From Burkholderiales bacterium (lineage in GTDB: Bacteria; Pseudomonadota; Gammaproteobacteria; Burkholderiales; SG8-39): a stretch of 55,064 nucleotides of DNA. The notes beneath the pieces are model-generated. The model worked only from the letters and a program-made list of their open reading frames with translations. It made no database searches and had not been told where the DNA came from. Shown piece by piece: positions 40,570-50,295 of the stretch (positions are counted from its first letter, which is position 1; every line of letters starts with the position of its first letter). A program made the position numbers and the translations under genes. The DNA lies in contig JBQMQE010000002.1 of assembly GCA_052172655.1 (NCBI GenBank), positions 1-55,064 on the forward strand. Direction: 5' to 3'.

Positions 40570-43500
40570 TCAGCCCAGGGCCGCGAGCAGGGTCTGCGCT
40601 TGCTGCTGCTGGGCCGCGTCGCCTTCCTTCAGCACTTCGTTAAGCAGTTCGCGCGCCCCTTCCAGGTCGCCCATCTCTTGGTAAGCTTTGGCCAGATCGA
40701 GCTTGGTCGCCACCTCCTGCCAGTGCGCGTCCGACGATAGTGTTGCCTCGCCCGGCGCGCCGAGATCCAGACTGATCGAGGACAGGTCCAGTGGCACCGA
40801 TGGCATTTCGTCCTTCTGCTCCGGCAGATTCAGATTGAAATCGAAATCGATGCCGCCCTCGGCAGCGGCTACCGGGACCTCCGGGGCAGGAACCCCCAGG
40901 GCTTCGGGTACGGGAATCTCCGGGAACTCGGGGGCGGGAGCCTTGGGCACTTCGGGAGCGGGAACCTCCAAGGGCGAGGGTACGGGAACCTCCGGCGCCG
41001 CTACCTCAGGCTCGGCCAAAGCCTGCAACGGCGCAGACTCCGCCGCAGCGCCGGGCAGCTCAAAATCGAAATCTATGGAAGCAACCGCGTCAGCGGGAGT
41101 CCCGGTTGCACTGCCCTCCAGGCTGGGTGCGCTGCCAGCTGCGGCCTCGGACTGCTGTTCCGCTTGAGCCGGCTCGGTCTTTATCTCCGCGCCACCGCCC
41201 AAATCCAGATCAAAACCGAGATCGGCAACTACATCGGTCGCCGGCGCGATGCCTTCTTCCGGCGCAAGCTCGGGCTGAGGCACACCCCCCTGCGCAGGCT
41301 CACTCAGGCCGAGATCAAAATCCAAGGCCGGAGAAACTTCCGGCCCGGTGCCGCCTTCCATTGCAAGCTCGGGCCGGGACGCCTCGGCCTGCGCAGGCTC
41401 GCCCAGGCCAAGATCAAAATCCAAGCCCGGAGAAGTTTCCGCTACGGCGCCACCTGCCGGCGCAAGCTCGGGCTGTGGCGCACTGCCCCTTGCAGGCTCG
41501 CTCAGGCCAAGATCAAAATCCAACCCCGGCGTAGCTTCCGGCTCCCCGCCCATGTCCAGCACAATATCCGAAGTGCGTTCGGCACCGGAAACAACCTGGG
41601 TGTCGGTGACAGCATGAGTCTCGCCCTCAGCTTGCATGCCGCCATATAGCGGATTTCCCGGATCGAGCTGAGCGCCGAGCGCGACGGCTTTTTCCCACTC
41701 GGCCCCGGCGCCGTTGGTGGCGGCGTGGATTTCAGCCGCCACGGCCTCGAATGCCTTGGCATCCTTCCGGTTGGCGTAGATTTCCAGCAACTTGGCGCGA
41801 ATCGGCTGACGCGACGGCTCCTTGGCCAACGCCTCCTTAAGGATCTCCTCGGCCTGCGCATCCCTGCCGTAAGCCATATAGACATCGGCTTCGGCGATAG
41901 GATCGACTTCCTCCGTGCCTATTGCCGCCGCAGTGCCGCCCTGACTGAAATCGCCCTGAAATTCGCTCGGACCGGTATCGAACTTGGTGTCGCCAAGTGC
42001 ACCAAACACGGAGTCGCTCGCCAAGTCAGGCGCGGCCATTGCACTGCTTTCCATTTGCTGCAGGGTCTTCTTGCGCCGCCACGCGTAATAGGCATAAGCT
42101 GCGAACAGAAGCAGCAGGAAGGCGCCGCCGCCGTAGAGAGCCAGTTCGTTGGCGAGAATTTCGTCGACGAAACTCGGCTCCGGCGCAGGCGGCGCCGGCG
42201 CTACAGGCTTGGCCGGGGTTTTGGGCGCAGCGGCTTTAGGCGCTGCCTTGGCCGGCTCCGGCGCCTTCATCGCATCCGCGGCTTGCGCGGGCTCCGGTGC
42301 CTTGACCGGCTCCAGCGTTTTGGCAGGCTCAGCTGTCTTAGCCGGGACCGGCGCCTTGACGGGCTCGACTGCTTTGGTCGCTCCGGCCTTTGCCGCTTGC
42401 TGCTGCAACAGCGCCCCGGGCTGGCTCTTGAGCTCGAGCAGTTTCTGCATGTCCCGTACGTTCTTCTCGAGCATCGCGATGCGCTCGTTCGCGTCCTTGA
42501 TCTCTTTCTCTTTCGCGAACAAATCTTCCTGCAGCCCCTGCGCACTGCGCTTGGCACCCGGCTTGCCTGCCTCCTCCGCCTGGGAAAGCTTGAGCTGGTC
42601 CCTGGCATCCTTGGCCGCCGCTGGCTTGTCTTCTACCCTGGCCGTAATCTTGCCGCTCGCACTTTGGAGGCGTTTGTCCGCCCGCTCGGGTGCGGCAGCC
42701 ACGGCGGCGGCCAGCTGGCGCCGGTATTCGTTGAAATCGGCAGCGTGCGCCAATACCGTGCGCGTAGCCTCATCCTGATCGACTGCAGCCGCTGCGTCCA
42801 TGTCGGGAATATTGAGGATCTTTCCGGCACGTAGGCGATTGATGTTGTTATCCTCGAACTCATCCATATTGCTGCGATACAACGCAATCAGCATTTGCTG
42901 CAAGCTGACTCTGTCCGATCTGTTGGCGTTGGCGATCTTGGTCAGGGTATCTCCGTGCTTAACCTGATAGCTCTTGACCGCCTTCGGTGCTGCCGCCTTC
43001 GGTGCTGCCGCCTTGGGTGCCGCGGCCTTGGGTGCTGTCGCCTTGGGTGCTGTCGCCCTGGGTGCCGCCGCCTTGGGTGCCACCGCTTCGCGCACGGGGG
43101 CGGTGAGCCCTTGCTCGACGCCGGGCGCGCGGCCGTCCGGCAGAGCCTGCTTGGGCATCTCCACGGACTTGATCACGGGCGCTCCCGTCACCGGCGCCGC
43201 CATTGCGGGCGCAGCCTGCGGCGCCTTGTATTCGGGAGGATCGAGCAGGAAGGTATACTCACGCACCAGGCGACCCGTGGTCCAATCGAGCTCGACCATC
43301 AGATCAAGGAACGGTTCGTTAATTGGCTGCCCCGAACTGAGGACTATGACATAACGATCTTCGCCGCGCTGTGCGATGCTGAATTTTACCGACAGCAGTG
43401 CACCGCTGTACTCGATATTGGCTTTCCGAAACACGTCTGCAGGCGGTAGGCGTACGCTAAGGTTATCTGCCTCGCCCTTTTGCACCGCGAGCAGTTCGAT

Positions 43501-43629
43501 CTCGGCCTTCAAGGGTTGTCCCAAGGCGGAAAATACAGTCAGCTTACCGAGCCCCGCGGCCGCGGCTAGCGACGGCAGCAACAGTAACGCCAATGCCAAC
43601 GCGCTTGTTCTTATGACGGATTTACCCAC
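40570..43629 (-). CDS. fimV: FimV/HubP-family polar landmark protein (LysM, TM segment, acidic repeats, C-terminal TPR-like FimV motif)
   Basis: GTG start and a signal/anchor sequence. LysM domain (YQVKHGDTLTKIA..LRAGKILNIP), a TM segment near aa 490-510, repeated DFDLGL acidic modules, and the C-terminal LDLAKAYQEMGDLEGARELLNEVL. Confidence 0.85.
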   Translation of the reverse strand: MGKSVIRTSALALALLLLPSLAAAAGLGKLTVFSALGQPLKAEIELLAVQKGEADNLSVRLPPADVFRKANIEYSGALLSVKFSIAQRGEDRYVIVLSSGQPINEPFLDLMVELDWTTGRLVREYTFLLDPPEYKAPQAAPAMAAPVTGAPVIKSVEMPKQALPDGRAPGVEQGLTAPVREAVAPKAAAPRATAPKATAPKAAAPKAAAPKAAAPKAVKSYQVKHGDTLTKIANANRSDRVSLQQMLIALYRSNMDEFEDNNINRLRAGKILNIPDMDAAAAVDQDEATRTVLAHAADFNEYRRQLAAAVAAAPERADKRLQSASGKITARVEDKPAAAKDARDQLKLSQAEEAGKPGAKRSAQGLQEDLFAKEKEIKDANERIAMLEKNVRDMQKLLELKSQPGALLQQQAAKAGATKAVEPVKAPVPAKTAEPAKTLEPVKAPEPAQAADAMKAPEPAKAAPKAAAPKTPAKPVAPAPPAPEPSFVDEILANELALYGGGAFLLLLFAAYAYYAWRRKKTLQQMESSAMAAPDLASDSVFGALGDTKFDTGPSEFQGDFSQGGTAAAIGTEEVDPIAEADVYMAYGRDAQAEEILKEALAKEPSRQPIRAKLLEIYANRKDAKAFEAVAAEIHAATNGAGAEWEKAVALGAQLDPGNPLYGGMQAEGETHAVTDTQVVSGAERTSDIVLDMGGEPEATPGLDFDLGLSEPARGSAPQPELAPAGGAVAETSPGLDFDLGLGEPAQAEASRPELAMEGGTGPEVSPALDFDLGLSEPAQGGVPQPELAPEEGIAPATDVVADLGFDLDLGGGAEIKTEPAQAEQQSEAAAGSAPSLEGSATGTPADAVASIDFDFELPGAAAESAPLQALAEPEVAAPEVPVPSPLEVPAPEVPKAPAPEFPEIPVPEALGVPAPEVPVAAAEGGIDFDFNLNLPEQKDEMPSVPLDLSSISLDLGAPGEATLSSDAHWQEVATKLDLAKAYQEMGDLEGARELLNEVLKEGDAAQQQQAQTLLAALG
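41195..41545 (-). repeat. In-frame ~99-bp (33-aa) tandem repeats within fimV (3 clear units plus 1 degenerate unit)
   Basis: The anchor gatcaaaa recurs at 41208, 41313, 41412 and 41511 (periods 105, 99 and 99 bp). The repeats encode ..PGLDFDLGLSEPA..PELAP... Confidence 0.8.
42980..43084 (-). repeat. In-frame 15-bp tandem repeat x7 within fimV, encoding (A/T)APKA repeats
   Basis: Units gccttSggtgcYgNc start at 42980, 42995, 43010, 43025, 43040, 43055 and 43070. The first two are identical. Confidence 0.9.
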
Positions 43630-43755
43630 CTTCCACCCCTGCAGACGTTTGTGGATTAACTAAATTAACATCATAGCCTTAGCCTTGCAAGCTAATCTTT
43701 CTTGTCATGAAAGCAGCTCAAGCCGGATATTTTTCAACCAAAAACCCACACTCGG

Positions 43756-44922
43756 CTAGACTTTCACTCCGGCCCTGACGTTCGCCGTCGACGTTCCCGG
43801 TTTCGCAGCAACCGCGTCCCCGGCGAGCAGGACGCGCAGCATGCGCCGCAAAGGCTCGGCCGCGCCCCACAGCAACTGATCGCCGACGGTAAACGCGGAC
43901 AGGTACCGTGCGCCCATGTTGAGCTTGCGCAGGCGCCCCACCGGCACGCTCAGACTGCCGGTCACTTTAGCCGGCGTAAGCTCGCGCATACTCGCCTCGC
44001 GCGTGTTCGGGATCACTTTCACCCAATTGTTGGCCGAGGCAAGAATGGCCTCGATCTCTGCGAGCGGCAGGTCACGCGTAAGCTTGATCGTGAGCGCCTG
44101 GCTGTGGCAGCGCATGGCGCCGATGCGCACGCAAAGGCCGTCGATAGGAATCGGCCGGTTCTCGCAGCCGAGTATTTTGTTGCCTTCGGCCTGGCCCTTC
44201 CATTCCTCGCGGCTCTGACCGTTGTCCATTTCCTTATCGATCCAGGGAATAAGGCTGCCGGCGAGCGCAACGCCGAAATGCTCCTTGGGAAGCGCATCGC
44301 CGCGCAGCACGTCGGCCACCTGGCGGTCGATCTCCAGAATGGCGGACGCAGGATCCGCAAGCAGCCCTGCGGCCGAAGCGTGGGCTGCGCCCATCTGCGC
44401 GAGCAGTTCGCGCATGTTCTGCGCGCCCGCGCCCGAGGCCGCCTGATAGGTCATCGCCGTCATCCACTCGATCAGCCCCTCTTTGAACAGACCGTGCAAG
44501 GCCATCAGCATCAGGCTGACGGTGCAGTTGCCGCCGATGTAGTTCTTCACGCCGCGCGCCAGTGCATCCTCGATCACCTGCATGTTCACCGGATCGAGAA
44601 TGATGACTGCGTCGTTTTTCATGCGCAGCGCGGAGGCCGCGTCGATCCAGTAGCCCTCCCAGCCGGCGGCGCGCAACTTCGGATAAACCTCATTGGTGTA
44701 ATCGCCGCCCTGGCAGGTGACGATCGCCTCCATCCGCTTCAGGTCGGCGATGGATTTCGCATCCGTCAGCGGTTCTTTGCTCTCGCCGGGCCCCTTGCCG
44801 CCGACATTGGACGTGGTGAAAAACACCGGATCGATGTGCGCGAAATCGTCTTCCGCCTGCATGCGCGCCATCAGCACCGAACCGACCATGCCGCGCCAGC
44901 CTATAAAACCCACTTTTTTCAT
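43756..44922 (-). CDS. asd: Aspartate-semialdehyde dehydrogenase
   Basis: The real start is [17 protein letters not shown] (ATG at 44922). The active-site region GGNCTVSL is present. There is a ~20-aa C-terminal extension relative to E. coli Asd. Confidence 0.93.
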   Translation of the reverse strand: MKKVGFIGWRGMVGSVLMARMQAEDDFAHIDPVFFTTSNVGGKGPGESKEPLTDAKSIADLKRMEAIVTCQGGDYTNEVYPKLRAAGWEGYWIDAASALRMKNDAVIILDPVNMQVIEDALARGVKNYIGGNCTVSLMLMALHGLFKEGLIEWMTAMTYQAASGAGAQNMRELLAQMGAAHASAAGLLADPASAILEIDRQVADVLRGDALPKEHFGVALAGSLIPWIDKEMDNGQSREEWKGQAEGNKILGCENRPIPIDGLCVRIGAMRCHSQALTIKLTRDLPLAEIEAILASANNWVKVIPNTREASMRELTPAKVTGSLSVPVGRLRKLNMGARYLSAFTVGDQLLWGAAEPLRRMLRVLLAGDAVAAKPGTSTANVRAGVKV

Positions 44923-44950
44923 GATCGTCTTCCTGACATAAACACTGAAA

Positions 44951-46015
44951 TTACAACGCCGCCGCCACCGCATCGCCCATTTGCACCGTGCCGACCTTTT
45001 CCGTCCCGAGCTGATGGATATCGGCTGTCCGCAACCCGCGCGCCAACACCTTGGTCACGGCGGCATCGATGCGGTCCGCCGCCTGGTCCTGGTTGAAACT
45101 GTAGCGCAGCATCATCGCCGCCGATAATATGGTCGCCAGAGGATTCGCCAGATTTTTGCCGGCGATGTCGGGCGCCGAGCCGTGGATGGGCTCGTACAGG
45201 CCCTTGTTGTTCGCATCGAGCGAGGCCGAGGGCAGCATGCCGATCGAACCGGTGAGCATGGAAGCCTCGTCGGACAGGATATCGCCGAACAGGTTGCCGG
45301 TGACCATAACGTCGAATTGTCTAGGGTCGCGCAGGAGTTGCATCGCCGCGTTATCGACGTACATGTGCGACAGTTCCACGCCCGGGTATTCCCGCGCCAC
45401 CTCGATCACGACCTCGCGCCACAACTGCGAAGTCTCGAGAACATTGCACTTGTCCACCGAACACAGTTTTTTCGAGCGCTTCATCGCCGCGCGAAAGCCC
45501 ACATGAGCGATGCGCCGGATCTCGGACTCGCTGTAGCGCATGGTGTCGAAGCCCTCGCGCTCGCCATTGGCAAGCGTGCGCATGCCGCGCGGCTGACCGA
45601 AATAGACATCGCCGGTGAGTTCGCGCAGGATCAGGATATCCATTCCCGTCACCACCTCTGGACGCAGGGTCGATGCGTTCACAAGTTCAGGAAACACCTT
45701 GGCCGGGCGCAGATTGGCGAACAGGCCCAATTCCTTGCGCAAGCCCAGAAGCGCCTGCTCCGGACGCTTGGCGCGCGGCAACTGGTCGTACTGCCAGCCG
45801 CCGACGGCGCCAAACAGAATGGCGTCGGCTGCGCGCGCGAGCTTAAGCGTGGCCGCGGGCAGGGGATCGCCGTCCGTGTCGCAAGCTGCGCCGCCCACCG
45901 GCGCCTGTTCGATTTCCAGCTTGAGACCGTCTTTGGCCAGCGCGCCGAGCACTTTCAGCGCCTGCGCGACGATTTCCGGGCCGATGCCGTCACCGGAGAG
46001 TACTGCAATTTTCAT
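44951..46015 (-). CDS. leuB: 3-isopropylmalate dehydrogenase
   Basis: [15 protein letters not shown].., [26 protein letters not shown]. Confidence 0.96.
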   Translation of the reverse strand: MKIAVLSGDGIGPEIVAQALKVLGALAKDGLKLEIEQAPVGGAACDTDGDPLPAATLKLARAADAILFGAVGGWQYDQLPRAKRPEQALLGLRKELGLFANLRPAKVFPELVNASTLRPEVVTGMDILILRELTGDVYFGQPRGMRTLANGEREGFDTMRYSESEIRRIAHVGFRAAMKRSKKLCSVDKCNVLETSQLWREVVIEVAREYPGVELSHMYVDNAAMQLLRDPRQFDVMVTGNLFGDILSDEASMLTGSIGMLPSASLDANNKGLYEPIHGSAPDIAGKNLANPLATILSAAMMLRYSFNQDQAADRIDAAVTKVLARGLRTADIHQLGTEKVGTVQMGDAVAAAL

Positions 46016-46038
46016 TTTTTCACTCAGTAAGAAATTTG

Positions 46039-46680
46039 TCAGCCGAACAGCCAGGGCTGTTCGATGCGGCGGCGCGCCTCGAATGCGCGGATTTTATCGG
46101 CGTGGCGCAGCGACAGTCCTATATCGTCCAAGCCGTTCAACAGGCAGTGTTTCCGATGCGCATCGACGTCGAACGCGATCTGCGTGGCGCCTTCTGGCGT
46201 GATCACCATCTGCCGTTCCAGGTCGATGGTCAGCTTGTAGCCGGAGAAGGCGTTCACCTCGTTGAACAGATGGCCGATACGCATCTCGGTGAGCACGATC
46301 GGCAGCAGGCCGTTCTTGAAGCAGTTGTTGTAAAAGATATCTGCGAACGAAGGCGCGATAACCGCGCGAAAGCCGTAATCGGCCAGAGCCCAGGGCGCAT
46401 GCTCGCGGCTGGAACCGCAGCCGAAATTCTTGCGCGCGAGCAGTATGCTCGCGCCCTTGTAGCGCGGCTGGTTCAGCACGAAATCCGGACTGAGCGGCCG
46501 CTTCGCGTTATCCATGCCCGGCTCGCCCACGTCCCGGTAGCGCCAGGCGTCGAACAGATTGGGGCCGAAGCCCGAGCGCTTGATCGACTTCAGGAATTGC
46601 TTCGGGATGATCGCGTCGGTATCTACGTTGGCACGGTCGAGCGGCGCCACGATCCCGGTCAGTACGGTAAATTTTTCCAT
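46039..46680 (-). CDS. leuD: 3-isopropylmalate dehydratase small subunit
   Basis: 213 aa; [12 protein letters not shown] and [13 protein letters not shown]. Confidence 0.95.
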   Translation of the reverse strand: MEKFTVLTGIVAPLDRANVDTDAIIPKQFLKSIKRSGFGPNLFDAWRYRDVGEPGMDNAKRPLSPDFVLNQPRYKGASILLARKNFGCGSSREHAPWALADYGFRAVIAPSFADIFYNNCFKNGLLPIVLTEMRIGHLFNEVNAFSGYKLTIDLERQMVITPEGATQIAFDVDAHRKHCLLNGLDDIGLSLRHADKIRAFEARRRIEQPWLFG

Positions 46681-46683
46681 GTG

Positions 46684-46830
46684 CTACTTCTTCGCCGCGC
46701 GCTCGATCGCCGCACCGCCCTGCTTCAGATCCTTGCCCACGCCCTCTACGGTGTTGCAGCCGCTCAATACAAACGCGGCGACGAGTAGCAGAAGAACCGT
46801 GCTTGCTTTTCCCACAGTTGCCTCCGTCAT
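46684..46830 (-). CDS. Entericidin A/B-family small lipoprotein (48 aa)
   Basis: [48 protein letters not shown] has a lipobox LSGC and resembles E. coli EcnA/EcnB. Its ATG overlaps the leuC TGA (ATGA). Confidence 0.75.
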   Translation of the reverse strand: MTEATVGKASTVLLLLVAAFVLSGCNTVEGVGKDLKQGGAAIERAAKK

Positions 46831-48233
46831 TTCCAATTGCGTACATCGACGAAATGCCCGGCGATCGCGGCCACCGCCGCCATCGCCGGGCTGACCAGAT
46901 GCGTGCGCCCGCCGGCGCCCTGGCGGCCCTCGAAATTGCGATTCGAGGTCGAGGCGCAGCGCTCGCCCGGCTCTAGGCGATCGGCGTTCATCGCGAGGCA
47001 CATGGAGCAACCCGGCTCGCGCCACTGGAAACCCGACTCCCTGAACACGCGGTCCAGTCCCTCCTGCTCGGCCTGCCTTTTCACCAAACCCGAGCCCGGC
47101 ACCACCAGCGCAAGGCGGATGTTGGCGGCGACGCGCTTGCCGCGCACCATCGCCGCCGCAGCGCGCAGATCCTCGATGCGCGAATTGGTGCATGAACCGA
47201 TGAACACCTTGTCCAGGCGTATGTCCTCGATGCGCGTATTCGGTTTCAGGTTCATGTATATTAGCGCGCGTTCCATGCCTTCGCGCCGGGTCGGATCTTT
47301 TTCCTTGTCCGGGTCGGGTACGCGCCCATCCACCGCTACCACCATTTCCGGCGAAGTGCCCCAGGTGACTTGCGGCGCGATGTCGCGTGCGTCCAGCCGC
47401 ACCACGCGCTCGAATTGTGCGCCCTCGTCGGAGGCGAGCGTGCGCCAATAGGCCACGGCGCGGCTCCAGTTCTCGCCGGTCGGAGCGAACGGCCGCCCCT
47501 TGAGATAAGCGATGGTGACATCGTCCACCGCCACCATGCCGGCGCGGGCGCCGGCCTCTATCGCCATGTTGCACAGGGTCATGCGCCCTTCCATGCTCAG
47601 GGCGCGGATGCTGCTACCGGAAAATTCGAGCGCACATCCGCTCCCGCCAGCGGTACCGATTGTGCCGATGATAGCAAGCGCGACATCCTTGGCGGTGACG
47701 CCGCGCGCGAGCGGCCCTTCCACCGCGACCAGCATGTTCTGCATTTTGTTTTGCACCAGGCACTGGGTCGCGAGCACATGCTCGACTTCCGAGGTACCGA
47801 TGCCGTGCGCAAGGCAGGCGAACGCGCCGTGAGTGCTGGTGTGCGAATCGCCGCACACCACCGTCATGCCGGGCAGCGTCGCGCCCTGTTCTGGACCGAT
47901 GACATGCACGATGCCCTGGCGCTTGTCGAGAAACGGAAAGTACGCTTTTGCGCCGTATTCGCGGATATTCGCGTCCAGGGTTTCGACCTGCAAGCGCGAT
48001 ATCGGATCCTTGATGCCCTCGTTCCAGTCGGTGGTGGGCGTGTTGTGATCGGCGGTGGCGACGATGGAATCGATGCGCCAAGGCTTGCGCCCGGCAAGCC
48101 GCAGGCCTTCGAATGCCTGCGGACTGGTGACTTCGTGCACCAGATGGCGGTCGATATAGAGCAGCGCGGTGCCATCATCCTCGGCGTGGACTAGGTGGCT
48201 CGCCCAAAGCTTGTCGTAAAGGGTTTGTGGCAT
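46827..48233 (-). CDS. leuC: 3-isopropylmalate dehydratase large subunit
   Basis: The real start is [10 protein letters not shown] (ATG at 48233). Aconitase-family Cys ligands are present (GDSHT, GSCTN, CSMCL). Confidence 0.96.
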   Translation of the reverse strand: MPQTLYDKLWASHLVHAEDDGTALLYIDRHLVHEVTSPQAFEGLRLAGRKPWRIDSIVATADHNTPTTDWNEGIKDPISRLQVETLDANIREYGAKAYFPFLDKRQGIVHVIGPEQGATLPGMTVVCGDSHTSTHGAFACLAHGIGTSEVEHVLATQCLVQNKMQNMLVAVEGPLARGVTAKDVALAIIGTIGTAGGSGCALEFSGSSIRALSMEGRMTLCNMAIEAGARAGMVAVDDVTIAYLKGRPFAPTGENWSRAVAYWRTLASDEGAQFERVVRLDARDIAPQVTWGTSPEMVVAVDGRVPDPDKEKDPTRREGMERALIYMNLKPNTRIEDIRLDKVFIGSCTNSRIEDLRAAAAMVRGKRVAANIRLALVVPGSGLVKRQAEQEGLDRVFRESGFQWREPGCSMCLAMNADRLEPGERCASTSNRNFEGRQGAGGRTHLVSPAMAAVAAIAGHFVDVRNWK

Positions 48234-48261
48234 GGCCTGAAACCGGATTAAACAGCACAAA

Positions 48262-48270
48262 ATTATGCCA
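48262..48270 (-). promoter_or_regulatory. Extended -10 TGgCATAAT upstream of leuC
   Basis: It is the rc of 48262-48270, about 29 nt upstream of the leuC ATG and directly after the T-run of the upstream terminator-like element. Confidence 0.35.
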
Positions 48271-48271
48271 C

Positions 48272-48319
48272 AAAAAACAGGGGTTTGGAGCAGACAATCG
48301 GGCCGAAAAGCAGCCCCTG
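48272..48319 (-). terminator. Terminator-like element after the MFS gene (CAGGGG..CCCCUG stem with a large loop, then U6)
   Basis: The arms are the rc of 48314-48319 and 48278-48283, and the U-run is the rc of 48272-48277. The long loop lowers confidence. Confidence 0.35.
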
Positions 48320-48344
48320 ATGGCGCCGATGGCCTGCGCGCGTT

Positions 48345-49487
48345 TCAGATATCCGCAGAGCGCACCTTCCAGTGCAGCAGCGCGTAACCAGCCAGGGCAG
48401 CAAACGCCGCGGCACTGAACGTCCATGCCGGGCCTATGCCGTCCCAGCCCAGGCCGGAGAGCGCGCTGCCCAGCACGCCGCCTGCGCCGAAAGACACCGA
48501 CAGATAAATCGCCTGCCCGCGCACTTGATGCGCACCCTGAAACCAGCGGTGTATCGCCGTGACCGCGGCCGCGTGGTAGGCGCCGAAACTCAATCCGTGC
48601 AACACCTGCGCCGCGAGCAGGACCGGAGCCGAATCCACTCCCCAGCCTATCATCAGGAAGCGCGCGACCGCGGCGGCGAAACATACGCGCAGGATCAGCG
48701 AGAGCGAATAGCGCCGCATCAGCGCCGGCATCAGCAGGAACACGATGATTTCAGCGATCACGCCTATGCTCCACATCCAGCCCACAGCCGCCTTGCTGTA
48801 GCCATGGCCGACGAGGTAGATCGAGTAGAACGCATACAGCGGTCCATGCGCAAGGCTCATCAGGAAACACGCACCGAGCAGCGCGGCCACCTCCGGCCGC
48901 CGCAGGATGTTCCACACCGGCCCGGGCTGCGCGTGGCCGCTGCCCGCAGGCACATCCGGCACGGCCAGCGCGCAGGCCCAACTCAGCGCATATGTCGCGA
49001 GCACCATCCACAACAGGCTCGCCACCGGCAGCACATCCAGCGCATGGCCGACCGCTGTCACGGTGAGGATGAAGCCCACCGAGCCCCACAGGCGGATGGA
49101 TCCGTAACGGCTGACCGCCCGGCGCAGGTGCGACAGCGTCAGCGATTCGGTGAGCGGCATGGAGGCGCTGGAGAAAAAGCCGGTGGCAAGTAGCAAGGCG
49201 AACAGCCCCCAGAACGAGCGCACGAAGAAAAAGCCGGCGAAGCAGACGCCGCCGAGCGCCATCGTGATGCCGATAATGCGCGCGCGCCGCTGCGTGCGGT
49301 CGGCGACCCAGCCCCAGAAGTTCGGCCCGATCACCCGCGTCAGCGAGCCGAGCGAAAGCAACACGCCGATCTGCGCCGCGGCCAGGCCGAGCGAAGCCAG
49401 ATACAAGCTGAAATACGGCGCGACGGCGCCAACGTAGGCAAAGTAAGCGAAATAGAAGGCGGATAGGCGCCAGTACGGAACGGGCAT
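48345..49487 (-). CDS. MFS transporter (3-phenylpropionate/nucleoside-H+ symporter-like subfamily)
   Basis: 12-TM profile. The likely start is MPVPYWRLSAFYFAYFAYVGA at 49487. Confidence 0.8.
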   Translation of the reverse strand: MPVPYWRLSAFYFAYFAYVGAVAPYFSLYLASLGLAAAQIGVLLSLGSLTRVIGPNFWGWVADRTQRRARIIGITMALGGVCFAGFFFVRSFWGLFALLLATGFFSSASMPLTESLTLSHLRRAVSRYGSIRLWGSVGFILTVTAVGHALDVLPVASLLWMVLATYALSWACALAVPDVPAGSGHAQPGPVWNILRRPEVAALLGACFLMSLAHGPLYAFYSIYLVGHGYSKAAVGWMWSIGVIAEIIVFLLMPALMRRYSLSLILRVCFAAAVARFLMIGWGVDSAPVLLAAQVLHGLSFGAYHAAAVTAIHRWFQGAHQVRGQAIYLSVSFGAGGVLGSALSGLGWDGIGPAWTFSAAAFAALAGYALLHWKVRSADI

Positions 49488-49740
49488 CGTCGACGACTTA
49501 TGGGTGAAAACGGTGTGACTGCGGCGCGCAGCCGCAGGATAACTCACTTCATTGCCCCCTACACCCCCTGCGTGCGGCCCTTGACCCGCGATCGCCGGTA
49601 CGCAAAATCAGCCGTTCGCTCTAAACCGATACCCGCCTTCATCCATTCGGATGATGCTTTTCCTCGATGCGGGAGCCTACCATTGCCGCACCGGTCCCGT
49701 ACAGACGACCGACTACACGACATTGGACAGGAGAGCAAAC

Positions 49741-49977
49741 ATGAGGAACACCCTGGCAATCTTTTTGGCGTCCGCATTCTTCGCGGGTAGTGCGCTCGCC
49801 CAAGCGCCTGCGGCAAGCCAATCAGGTTCCGGCGGCGGCGCTGGCGCGTCGGCGGCGGCGGCCGGAGGGATTACGGCGGGCATGGTTGCCGCTGCCGTGA
49901 CGGTTGCCGCAGTTGCAGTGGCTGCCTCCTCGTCCAGCGACCAGACGACCACCACTTCTACTGCCACCGCCCAATGA
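49741..49977 (+). CDS. Small secreted or membrane-anchored Ala/Gly/Thr-rich hypothetical protein (78 aa)
   Basis: Strong SD (AGGAGA 6 nt before the ATG at 49741). Signal peptide MRNTLAIFLASAFFAGSALA/QA, a low-complexity Gly/Ala tract, a hydrophobic stretch ITAGMVAAAVTVAAVAVAA and a Ser/Thr tail. No family recognised. Confidence 0.45.
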   Translation: MRNTLAIFLASAFFAGSALAQAPAASQSGSGGGAGASAAAAGGITAGMVAAAVTVAAVAVAASSSSDQTTTTSTATAQ

Positions 49978-50236
49978 GCCGGCCGGCGGCCGCTGGTCCC
50001 TGGCGCGGTTGCATGCGTCAAGTTGCGCAAATTCGTGATCGGGTGATCATGTTGCGCTAGCTGTATTGAATTCGTTGCAACCGGCCCAGGAGCGAGCTCC
50101 GGGATTTCTCCGCCGTAGCGAGCCGGCGCGGGTACGAAACGTCCAGGTTCCTCCTCCCCTGGACTGATTGGAACCCGCACTACGGATCGGGTGGCGCATC
50201 TCCGAATGCGCTGCGATTTGCTCGTTTCTGCTCTTC

Positions 50237-50268
50237 AGGCCCCTGCTCCGCAGGGGCCTTTTTTTTTT
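50237..50268 (+). terminator. Very strong rho-independent terminator (9-bp GC stem plus T10)
   Basis: aggcccctg (50237-50245), loop ctccg, caggggcct (50251-50259), with T-run 50259-50268. It is oriented for the + strand. Confidence 0.85.
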
Positions 50269-50295
50269 GCCCGCGCGCGGCGCAGTCGTGCATGT

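Noticed and set aside
43756-43830. C-terminal low-complexity extensions on housekeeping enzymes: Asd here, AroC at 50296-50390, and the Nfn-like and PFOR tails.
   Set aside because: These are probably benign Ala/Pro/Asp-rich tails, common in GC-rich genomes. There is no evidence of frameshift or fusion.
50001-50013. Sigma54-like TGGCGCGGTTGCA.
   Set aside because: The GG-to-GC spacing is about 3 nt too short for a -24/-12 promoter.
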